Assembly: GCF_006345805.1 (NCBI RefSeq) | Contig: NC_043001.1 | Coordinates: forward strand, 120,404,001-120,468,000 | Length of the DNA: 64,000 bases | Reading direction: 5' to 3' | DNA from: Octopus sinensis | Taxonomy: Eukaryota | Part shown: positions 53,560 through 64,000 of the stretch, in pieces | Position numbering within the stretch: the first letter of the stretch is position 1 | Layout: every line of letters starts with the position of its first letter | Notes under the pieces: model-generated | Told to the model about the DNA's origin: nothing | The model's database searches: none | Seen by the model: only the letters and a program-made list of their open reading frames with translations | Program-made: the position numbers and the translations under genes

Positions 53560-55735
53560 ATATATAATGGAATGGTAAAATAAAAACTATACACGGTTTA
53601 CATTAGAAGGGAAGTATACATAGTATATGACGCTAGAACAAGAGGAAAAAAGGTGGTCGCGTTGGGAACCCGTTGATTCAGGAGGACCTCTGGGGATAAT
53701 CAAAGAACCCCACCATTCATGATCACCCTGAGACCCAAGGAGGAACAGTGCTCACTCCAACGTTTTTCTTCCGACTCACAGGTCTTACCATTTTTGCGAC
53801 TTTCACCCAGTTTTCATAAATTCACTCAAGGACATCACCACCCTCACTCTCCTTTACAAGTGAAACTTGAAAAGGTTGATGAGGGTTTTACCAAAGAGGA
53901 AAGTTCCTGTCCTCGTTCCTTTGAGTCTCGTCCGCCAGATAACCTCTTTGGCCACATCCACCAAACAAAGGAAAACTGCCTTGCCAACCCAATTGGACTC
54001 GGACGACAGACGGATCTGTCCGACACGCGACAGCAGCTGTTCGAAATAACTCCACAAGTCAGCTATGCCCGGACTCTTAAAGAGTGAATGCAGAACGGTT
54101 TCGTAGCTCTGCGAGCACCACTGACAAGCCCGTTTGACAGTACATTCGTGCCTGTACATTCGTGCCAACCCTCTCTACGAAGTATCGCATAAGGTGGAGG
54201 TTGTCGTCGATAGACCTGCTCGGAATTGCACACATCTGTGCCTCCCCGACCAGACAACCAACGACAAGCACCAACCTCTTCGCTAGCACCTTGGCCAAAA
54301 TCTTGAACTTAGCAGAGTTATGGGACGAAAATTCCCTAGCACATCTCCATTGTCAGCGTCCTTTCTCAGCAATGTTACTACACTCCAGCTAACAGCACTA
54401 TGAATTTTCACGTTCTGCTACCAGTTACTGTAGTCATCTGCCAAGAGCCTGCCAAACAAATCTGGCATGAAAACATAGAATTCATAGGACACACAATCCA
54501 AACCTGGCGATTTACGACTTGAGTATTTCAGAAGGTGTAATCAGCTTTTCGCAGAATCTCACGTCCGTCATCGAGAGCCGTGGTACGCAGTAAAGTTCGT
54601 TACCTTCATCGACCCATCGACTTCCCCAAACAGTCGTGCAAAGTGCTGCTAGAAAGCTGAAAACGTCTGCTCAGAACCGAACAGCATGCATCCCTCCCGA
54701 TCTGTCAAAGATTTGATCGTGGTTCTGTTTCTACATCGCGTCACTACCGTTCGGGCCCATCAGACGGCTTTAGTTCCTTCGTGTTTTAACTCACGGACCT
54801 TAGCTCTGACAGCACACACTTCGTGCATCGCCTCAAAGAAATGGTCAAGGACCATTATTGCCGCTAACACATCGGTTGCGATGCCTTTACTAATAGCCTC
54901 TTCAAGTTTGATAACTAGTTCTCCCTCTAATCTATTTCTTTCTCCTGTTAAATCTTTGCTAAATGCTATCGATTCTACTTTAATCGCTCTCTCCAGAGCG
55001 ACCCGCCACCGTTTGTTGACAACAGCCCTTGTCAAGTTCAGCTTAACTTGTTCGCTAATCCGGTCCCTGCCGTCTTTGCGAGCTAGTAAGGATGCATTCA
55101 ACTTCTAGTTACCAGATCCCTGTCTACGTGTCCTGTCTAAATCGACTGAGCGTATCATAAATTTTTTTATCTCTGTAGCTGCCCAATTTAAAATGTGGAT
55201 AACCTATGCTATCTCTATCCTCTGACCTAACAAATACTCTATCTAAATATGATCTAGATAACCCACTGTGGTTGCTCCGTGTCCACATTGGACCGTCAGG
55301 GAAATCCAGTGGGTGCCTGTCAGAAAGCTGGGAAGTTCTGAGCAGATTTTCGAAGTTTTTACACCCACTTCAACTATGTACCTAACCCGCACAGGAAGTT
55401 GACAGCAGACCGACTATCTGACCATTGGAACACTCCCTTCCACAGAAAAATAAACGGCATATGCTCCAATCTAATCAAGCAGTAACTGGAACAAGGCACA
55501 ACAGTCAGGCGATAAATAGCGACAGAAATACTATTCCAGTCCCGCCTTAGTACAAAAGTGCGAGACGTGCCCAGGAATGTTTCATGATACCTGAAGAAGT
55601 CTGGCCTTCCAGCCCCTGTTGGAGCATAAACCGTCACCAGTTTAAAGGTGCCACCTTCGCTGTCGTTCTAGTCCAGGACTACCACCCTACCTTCCGGGAC
55701 CAGGAAGATAGTTCGTACTTGGAAATCTATTAGCA
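53560..55735 (-). mobile_element. L1/Tx1-clade LINE relic (internally deleted ORF2)
   Basis: Endonuclease LVTVYAPTG..DWNS and GSGN*KLNASLL; RT KILAKVLAKRL...AQMCAIPSRSIDDNL; zinc-finger C.WC...ETVLH. Confidence 0.88.
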
Positions 55736-55741
55736 CCTGTG

Positions 55742-56285
55742 GGGTACAAATCAAGATATGACAGAGTTGGCCAATATCTACACTGGATAATGTGTCGGAA
55801 TTATAAAATCAAAACTGTTCGCAAATGGTACAAGCACCAACCTGAGGCTGTAACTGAGGGAGAAAATGTAATTATTCTTTGTGGGACTTATCAGTACGTA
55901 CTGACCGGGCCATCTTAAGCAAACAATGCAGATATTGTTTTGAAAGACCAAAATAAAAACAGTCTGTTTATTGATTGACATGAGGAGCATACCGTGTGAC
56001 CATAACATCTCGGTAAAAGAATTTGATAAGCTCAGACAATATAAATTCTTTCATTCGTTTATTTGTTTCAGTCATTTGACTGCGGCCATGCTGGATCACC
56101 ACCTTGTTTGTGAAGCAAATGAACCCCGGAACTTACTCTTTGTATGCCTAGTACTTATTCTATCGGTCTCTTTAGCCGAAGCGCTAAGTTACGGGGACGT
56201 AATCACACCAGCATCGGTTGTCAAGCGATGGTGGTGGGGACAAATACAGACACAGAAACACACACAGACACACACACACACACAC

Positions 56286-56367
<82 letters not shown>

Positions 56368-56954
56368 CGACGGGCTTCTTTCAGTTTCCGTCTGCCAAAT
56401 CCCCTCACAAGGCTTTGGTCGACCCTAGTCTAAAGTAGAAAACACTTGCCGAAGGTGCCACGCAGTGGGACTGCAAGATGGTTACAATACCAGTGATTGT
56501 AGGAGTACTTGGAATGATCAAAAAAGGAACTGGAAATTATTTAAGAATGATCCCTGGCTTACCATCCACGCAGGAAGTGCCAAAGATTGTCTTAACTGCT
56601 ACGACACATGTCTTGAGGAGAGCAGAGTCGCTGTGAATTTTCTTTCCCTTTTTCCTCTTTATTTTCTTTATTCTTTATTTTTATTCTTATTCTTGTTTCA
56701 GTCATTTGACTGCGGCCATGCTGGTGCACTGCCTTTAGTCGACCCCATGACTTATCCTTTGTAAGCCTAGTACTTATTCTATCGATGTTTTTTTTTTTTT
56801 TTTTTTCTCTCTGTCTTCTTTTTCTCTATCACATGACTTTGTAAATGGATAATTTGATGAGTTTATTTTAATGGCCTGCCAATGAATAGAGTGGGTTCCT
56901 CTGCCCTGGGTATCAGGAAGACACTCGGCAAGAAATAGAAGCAAAATTGAAAGT

Positions 56955-56955
<1 letters not shown>
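55742..56955 (+). mobile_element. R4/Dong-like RLE non-LTR retrotransposon 3' end, interrupted by SINE B copies
   Basis: YKSRYDRVGQYLHW..KWYKHQPE; LID..IPCDHNISVKEFDKLRQYK; after the SINE, TIPVIVGVLGMIKKG...QEVPKIVLTATTHVLRR; putative 3' UTR then (TAG)n. Confidence 0.8.
56048..56472 (-). mobile_element. SINE family B, head-truncated
   Basis: TTTCAGTCATTTGACTGCGGCCATGCTGG...GGTGCCACGCAGTGGGACTG; a further fragment at ~56690-56785. Confidence 0.88.
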
Positions 56956-56998
<43 letters not shown>

Positions 56999-57634
56999 AT
57001 AGTAGTAGTAGTAGTAGTAATATGAGTAGCGCTTATGTTGTTTTTTCAGAGATTCTTTGACTGGAGGAATGCAGTTATGCTTAGCTCGGCGAGCTGGCCC
57101 GAATGGTTGCGACAGAAATGGTTCTGCAAAATCCACTCAAGGACGAGGCGGTGGAATTATACTGGATAAAAGTTGGTGATTATCTTTCGACAAATCTGAT
57201 TTTTGTTTTTTGCAAACGCAAATTTTCCAGCCCAACAATATTTAACAGAAGCACCACTGATATGGGGAAAATACACACTTCAGAGAATAGCGCGCAAAAC
57301 ATCCATAAATAATGGTTAATTACATTTTCCAATTACTAACGAAGATGTGGAAACCATATAACTTAGGAAGCCAAATAATGGTTACGTTGTTGGGGTCTCG
57401 GCAATGGCGAGTAATTGCAAAATTAATATAATAAATTTTTCTAGTAAATATTAATCTAAGCAATTGTGCTATCTTCTATATCAATGCTGTCATCAAATGT
57501 CAGTGTCTACTACACGAATAGCTAAAAATTCAGACAGATTTTTTCCAAATTTGCATCAATACGGCGAACTATATACATATATACATACAATTATGTATGT
57601 ATATACATATATACATATATATACATACATATAA

Positions 57635-57927
57635 AGGCGGCTAGCTGGCAGAATCATTAGCATGACGGGCGAAATGCTTAGCGGTATTTAGTCTGTCGTT
57701 ACGTTCTGAGTTGAAATTCCGCAGAGGTCGACTTTGCCTTTCATCCTTTTGGGGTCGATTAAGTCGATTACATCGACCCCAGTGCATAACTGGTACTTAA
57801 TTTATCGACCCCGAAAGGATGAAAGGCAAAGTCGACCTCAGCGGAATTTGAACTCAGAACGTAACGGCAGACGAAATACTGCTAAGCATTTCGCCCGGCG
57901 TGCTAACGGTTCTGCCAGCTCACCGCC
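57635..57927. mobile_element. Tail-to-tail inverted pair of SINE family A
   Basis: Plus copy 57635-~57762 joined directly to a minus copy ending GCTCACCGCC at 57927. Confidence 0.9.
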
Positions 57928-58734
57928 AAATATAGCACAATATATTGCTTGAGCCAATATATAGCACAAGCGTTTGATCATTTTATGTACATACACACAC
58001 AAATATGGGGGTTTAGTTCACAGGTGATCTAAACAATCAGGTACGCTAGGTAAGTGCTGTAGCGGATTACTAAGGCTCCATGGTTGCAGTCGAGACGGTA
58101 GTCATGGAGCCATTGCAGATTTCCGATATAGCGGAAGGTTGAAATCTCAGAATTATTGTGTTTGGCGGCGGCTAAGGCGAGGAAAACCTTATAACTTTTC
58201 ATCGTCACCGTCAAATTCCAACCTAACGTGACTGGGCTGAAAAAGACAGGATATTTAATTAAAGTTCGGGTGACACCCACAGATGCACACTACACACATA
58301 CACATGCACACACACACGCACACACACGCACATTCTTCACGGCCTGTTTTCTTTTACTGGTTTTGCGCCTCAGGACTGCGGTCTTGCTCGGGCACCACCT
58401 ACTCGTGTTTTCTTTGGTTTCTTCCTTTTCGGCTTTGTTCACGCAACTTGCTTATTAACTGCGTTTGTAGTAGCTAGCTGATCTTCTTTGAGTATCCTTC
58501 TATATTTATTGCTCTGGTATTGTAATCAGGGGTCTATTCTACTGTAATTTGAGTGTTTTTGTAAGGACACTTTTATGTTTTAAATTTGTTTAGGTAGAAG
58601 TTTCAACACTCGAAGGGCTCTCAATATCAAATTTTTACGTTAAAGTGTCTTTATTTTCGATCGAGAAGGTAATGTATATGGCAGCTAGCAGCAGCTACAA
58701 ATCGTACTCACACACACACATACATACACAAACA

Positions 58735-58744
58735 TATATATATA

Positions 58745-58775
<31 letters not shown>

Positions 58776-58791
58776 ATATATATAATATATA

Positions 58792-58836
<45 letters not shown>

Positions 58837-58838
58837 CA

Positions 58839-58869
<31 letters not shown>

Positions 58870-58895
58870 ATATATAATATATATATATTATTATA

Positions 58896-58936
<41 letters not shown>

Positions 58937-59023
58937 TAATATATATATATATACACATATACATATATATGTGTGTATGTATATATATATGTATATATAT
59001 ATATATATATATAATATATATAA

Positions 59024-59113
<90 letters not shown>

Positions 59114-59115
59114 CA
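58735..59115. repeat. Long (TA)n microsatellite
   Basis: Directly visible. Confidence 0.95.
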
Positions 59116-59521
59116 GACATATATTATAGGTATATATTTACATATGCGTAAATACGTACATATATATGTATGTATATATGTATGCATGTATATGTGTGTG
59201 TGTGTATATGTGCATATATGTGTGTGTGTGTGCGCGCGCACGTATGTGTGTGATATTATATTCATACATCTATTTCCCCTTGAAGCCGAAATATTTCTTA
59301 AGCTGAAGAACTTCAAAGAAATGATTATATAGATATATATTCAAATGTTTACCGTTTGGACTGCTTGCTGACGATCCTTTCCAAAGATGAAACAGAAGGT
59401 TGGTGAAGGATATGATTACACGCACACACACACACAATGTGTGCAACACACAATGTGTGCAACACACACACGCACACATACACAATGCATGCAACATACA
59501 CAAACACGCATACATATTTGC

Positions 59522-59569
<48 letters not shown>

Positions 59570-59969
59570 CTGATTGTGTGCGTGTGGATGTAGGTACGTA
59601 TGTGTGTGTGCACGTTTGTGTGCGGGGGGTGGGGTGCGTCTGTGTTTCTATTTCTTCCAGATCAATTATATATTCAAGAAAGACATTTAAGCATCCTGCT
59701 TGCCATCCTTTTAATTTCCTTGGTTAAGAATTTGCTATTAATACTGAAAGTTTAGGAAATGAGCTTTTTTCAAAATTTACAATAAAGAACAAAATATATT
59801 GCAATGTTCTCTTTCGTACCTTTATATTTTCAGTTGAAATCCTTTTTGAGAATAAAATTTTAATCCGATTTTACCGTTTTGAAAACAAGTAGAAAGCGTC
59901 CTTCAACGTATGCTCTGTAGATTTGTAAGTCTTTTACTGTGTCACCTAACATGGATTTCAAATCCTAAT

Positions 59970-60178
59970 CTAATATTCTTTTCAATATTAGGCAAAATGC
60001 CTGAAATTTTGTGGGGAAGTGGCTAATCGATTGTATCCACCTCAGCACGTAACTCACACTTACTTCATCGATCCTGAAAGGATAAAAGGCAAAGTAGATT
60101 TCGGTGAAATTTGAACTCAAACCAAATGTCTCTAAGCATTTTTCCGACGTGCTAACGTACTGCCAGTTCACTGCCTTA
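59970..60178 (-). mobile_element. SINE family A, degenerate
   Basis: ATCGATCCTGAAAGGATAAAAGGCAAAGT...TTTGAACTC...GTGCTAACG..TGCCAGTTCACTGCC. Confidence 0.75.
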
Positions 60179-60455
60179 GATTCTAATCAAATGATGAATG
60201 TTACAGATGCCACTTCATCTATTTACAAATATCAGTGACAAATGTGTCAAGAAGGTGTTGCTGTTTTTTAAGGAATATTATTCGAAGGGCCAGCTTGTTA
60301 CGGTAACAGACTCTTTGAAAAGCAAATAACTTTCCTAGAGTTCGCTACTTATAATACTGTAAAAAAATGGATTTTAATTTGTAACAGAAGTTTTAAAGAA
60401 CTGCATGGATTATGCAAGCGACATTGTCTGCTGAAAACAGAAGTTAAAAGAGAAT

Positions 60456-60522
<67 letters not shown>

Positions 60523-60553
60523 AATAAAATTAAAAACAGAACACAAAGGATGT

Positions 60554-60645
60554 CGCGGTACACGTGTTTCAAGCTTATAAACGACCTGTTCTTACATCAG
60601 TGTATAATAGATATAAAAGATGGTTTAAAGCTCTCTTCAGCCGCA
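60554..60645 (-). ncRNA. Type I hammerhead ribozyme in a ~275-bp element between (TA)n tracts
   Basis: Stem I TGCGG/CCGCG, CTGAAGA, stem II GAGCTT.TAAAC/GTTTA.AAGCTT (G.U closing), GAAA, helix III ACACGTGT, GUA site. Confidence 0.82.
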
Positions 60646-60794
60646 TGCATTGTTATTCCAAAGGATTACATCACACTATAAAAATATGAGAAGTACATGT
60701 AGTATTACCAATAACAATAGGTATATCATATCTCCCCGAGAAAGTGTATTTGTAAAATTTCGTAACTAAATCAAATATTCACTCTAAATTTGCA

Positions 60795-60861
<67 letters not shown>

Positions 60862-61143
60862 GTGTGTGTGTGTATGTGTGTGTGTGTGTGTACACACACA
60901 CACATAATTAGGATAAAGTCACTATTTAATGATTTATCAGTTGCCAGCGTACCAATAAGACCATTTTGGTTAATTCATATTTAAGTATAATTATAAAATC
61001 ATAATTATAATAAAGGGCGCTAAAGTGACAACGCCTGTACGCTAGAAATAGACGCCAAATGGACTACACACCACTTCAGTTATTACTCTGCATACTACAA
61101 ACATCTCAAATCACATACATTATTATTATTGCAAAAATTCAAA

Positions 61144-61199
61144 GTCTTACAGCAGTTTCTAGTATATCCCAGAGTATGGGATATTCCGTCATCAGAGAC
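61144..61199 (-). ncRNA. Type I hammerhead ribozyme, partly decayed
   Basis: Stem I GTCT/AGAC, CTGATGA, stem II ATATCCCA/TGGGATAT (C.A closing), GAAA, AC-TGCT-GT, GUA site. Confidence 0.65.
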
Positions 61200-61533
61200 A
61201 AATAGGGAAAATGAGAAGAGTATAGATGAATGAAATGACGACAAAGAGCACAGGAGTAAAGGAATAAGAAGAGAGAGCAGAAAAAACAGTTCAACTTGCC
61301 GATGTTGTAGAAATAAGTGCGTAAGTCCTTAGGCGCAATCCTGCATAGATCCATATGGGTTAAAGTCTTAATAATATTGTAAACATCCAGAAAAAAGACG
61401 CGAACATATCAACGTTCAATAACAGAATGGTAGCGGAGGTCAGTATCAAGACTTTAACTCAAATGGATCTACGCTGTCCGCAGGTCTTTCACGTTTAATA
61501 GAAAAGTGCTCTTATCATCTGACGCAAATTCTT

Positions 61534-61903
61534 TTATTACCTCCGCCTTAGCAAAGGCGGAAGTATTGTTTTCAGTCATGTTTGTTTGTCTGTCCTTGGA
61601 CAAAATATCTCAAGAACTGTTCGATAGATTCGGATGAAACTTTCAGGGATGTTTGACCTTCTGACTGGTACGAACTAATTAGATTTTGGGATCGATCTGG
61701 TACCGGACAAGGATTCTGGATTATTTTACAGGTTTTCTTACTCAATTTTTGAGAGCGGTCGGGTTTATTTTTAGTATCCTCGTTTGTGAGATCAGTCGAG
61801 TTTATTTCAGATATTATCATTTTAAAAATCATCTAAGGTTAATCGTTGAGAGGACGTTAGTGTTGCCTTGGCGGAGGTCTGCGCTCTTTTAGTATTCTTG
61901 TTC
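61534..61903 (+). mobile_element. Non-autonomous Helentron/DINE-1-like element (HINE)
   Basis: TTATTACCTCCGCC start, subterminal inverted repeat GGCGGAGGT near the 3' end followed by a decayed hairpin, GTTTGTTTGTCTGTCC microsatellite, T-rich insertion site. Confidence 0.75.
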
Positions 61904-61911
61904 TTTTAATG

Positions 61912-62300
61912 ATTTATTGTTTCAGCTATTTGACTGTGGCCATGCTGGTGCATTGCCTTAAAGGGTTTTAGTCGAAGAAATCCACCACAGACCTTATTCT
62001 TTTCTAAGCCTAGTACTTATTCTATCGGTCACTTTTGCCGAATCGCTTGGTTACGAGGACATAAACACACCAGCACTGGTTGTCAAGCGATGGCGGTGCA
62101 GCAAACACACACACACGTATAAATATATACATATATATATGACGGCCTTCTTTCAGTTTCCGTGTACCGAATCCACTCACAAGGCTTTGGTCGGCCCGAG
62201 GCTACAGAAAAGAGACACGTGCCCAATGTATCACGCAGTGGGACTGAACTGAGAATCATGTGATTGATAAGCAAGATTCTTAATACACAGCCTCGTCTGT
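61912..62300 (-). mobile_element. SINE family B
   Basis: TTTCAG.TATTTGACTGTGGCCATGCTGG...CACGCAGTGGGACTGAAC...ACACAGCC. Confidence 0.85.
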
Positions 62301-62329
62301 GTTTCCTGGCCAAAAAATGCATTCTTGGT

Positions 62330-63140
62330 GGTGAGACAGGGTCATAAAATTCGTGTTTGTCTAGCGAACCAGGTTATCATCAATGAAAATCCTAGCAATT
62401 CAATGAGGGCGATTACCAATATTCTCCATGCGACTGAGTCAATGACTAGACCTGTGATGCAAAAAGACGGGTACAAATTCTATGTAATTAAAAGCGGGCA
62501 GTTCCTGTCCGATAAGATCCGGGAGAAACGTGTATTCCGGTCGAAAAAAACCTGCTGAACAAATCTAAACACCACATGGAAACTGACATGCACTGATTCT
62601 CTTCCGATGAGAAGAACTTTGTCGAACATTAAAACGTGAATCAGTGGAATGACATATGGGTCTGTGCCAGCCTCATTGAAGTCCCCATTCTTGTGAACAC
62701 TAAGTTCACATAGTCTAAGTTGTCTTGAGGATCTTCAGTAATGAGGACCGTGTCTTCCCGCAATGTGGCAGCCTGTATCGAGACACCGATGGCGGTTGTC
62801 AAGCCTTGGATGGAGATATTGGCTCAGAAGCAACCGCACGTGCCCTCTTCACCCTCTCTCACAGACTGCACGAACGAAGAGTGAACGACCGAAAATTTTC
62901 ATGTTTCTTCCAACATTTTGCCTCCTGGCTCTGCTGATTAAATTCTTCGCACTACTGCGCTTGCGGTTTCACTGAGAGTGAGACCACAAACCCTACCCAG
63001 AATACGAAATACTCGTTGAGGTCTGCTATTGGAGACGTTATGGCCAACATGAATAAAAATCACCTGATCAACGCATTTAGTCGACTTAGAAACTGCCACG
63101 AGGCAACAGTCGAAACTGGTGGTGGATTTATTGGATATTC
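62330..63140 (+). pseudogene. Decayed DD37D/maT-like transposase
   Basis: SDEKNF, EVPILVNTKF, PPGSAD, C-terminal AFSRLRNCHEATVETGGGFI, homologous to the 21270-22140 relic. Confidence 0.7.
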
Positions 63141-63286
63141 TCTTGTTTTATGCATGTAAAAACATGCGTACAAAAGTGTGTGTGTGTGTGTTACTTCAAA
63201 CAAAATCGCATTTTGTATGTTCTCTTGAACCAAATACGACGGTTCGGGATGCCGCCTATGTTTGCGCAAGGATACATAGACTCAGT

Positions 63287-63329
<43 letters not shown>

Positions 63330-63567
63330 AAATATGTGAAATCATCTCTTATATATAGAATCACACAGCACAACACAACCTGAGATCAACTTGACGATCG
63401 CCACCGATATATGCGAGAGAGTTCTTCAGAAAAGTTACCTTCACCACCGAAGTTAACAAAGAACTTACTCGAGCTACAAAGCAAAATGTAAAAAATTATT
63501 ACAAAAAAATTAAACTGATTAGAACTACCAATGAGGTCATTCTTTTCCTTTTTCAAATATATATATA

Positions 63568-63843
63568 TCAACGGAACAGCTGCTCATGACATTAACGCGC
63601 AAGTTGGCTGAATCCTCCGCAGAACACATACTCTTAACTAAATTCTCGGTGAGATATAGCGTAAAACAGAATGCGACAGAGCTGGCCCTTTGAAATACAG
63701 GTACTATTCATTTTTGCTAGTTGAGTGGACTGGAGCAACGTGAAACAAAGTGCTTTGTTCAAAAACACTAAGCGCCGCCGTGTGTCCAACTCTTTACTTT
63801 ATGATCGTGGGTCGAATACTGTAACCACTAAGCCACGCGCCTT
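63568..63843 (-). mobile_element. SINE family C
   Basis: TCAACGGAACAGC...GAGTGGACTGGAGCAACGTGAAA...AACCACTAAGCCACGCGCCTT. Confidence 0.85.
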
Positions 63844-64000
63844 AACATATATATCATTGTAAATAAATAATTTGATATTGAGAGGACTTCAAGTGTCCAT
63901 CCGTCTACGTAAACAAGTCAGAAGTATAAAAGTGTTTTTTACAATAACATGCAAATTTCAGTTGGATACTCTCCTGACTATATATATATATATACTACCA

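Noticed and set aside
59360-59405. CTGACGA...GAAAC...GTT hammerhead-like string
   Set aside because: Stem I does not pair and the stem II closure is wrong; similar chance strings near 2102, 10088, 18697 and 48087 were also rejected

Overview
Eukaryotic, AT-rich, microsatellite-dense DNA with no confidently identifiable host gene. It looks intergenic or intronic, and the SINE families and repeat landscape suggest an octopus (coleoid cephalopod) genome (inference). Nearly all ORFs in the track are translations of (TA)n/(CA)n/(TACA)n/(GAA)n/(AAT)n repeats or transposon relics. The window holds three abundant tRNA-derived SINE families, one complete but inactivated 1,290-bp mariner inserted into a SINE, and older mariner, DD37D(maT), hAT, pogo-type MITE, Helentron-type, CR1-like, L1/Tx1-like and R4-like relics. 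The main discovery is a dense set of type I hammerhead-ribozyme (HHR) motifs, mostly with a palindromic helix III (ACGT, ACGCGT, ACACGTGT, ACGTACGT, ACTATGCATAGT). They occur in at least seven different short non-coding elements, most of which abut (TA)n tracts. Two elements form tandem-plus-inverted arrays (24044-25908, four HHRs, ~557-nt cleavage-to-cleavage monomers on both strands; 41240-42268), one is fused to a Pol III tRNA head (11166-11532), and four share a conserved box ~70-125 nt downstream of the cleavage site. This looks like a diversified family of Penelope-dependent or retrozyme-like self-cleaving, possibly circular-RNA-producing elements. All folds were derived by eye and activity is untested.
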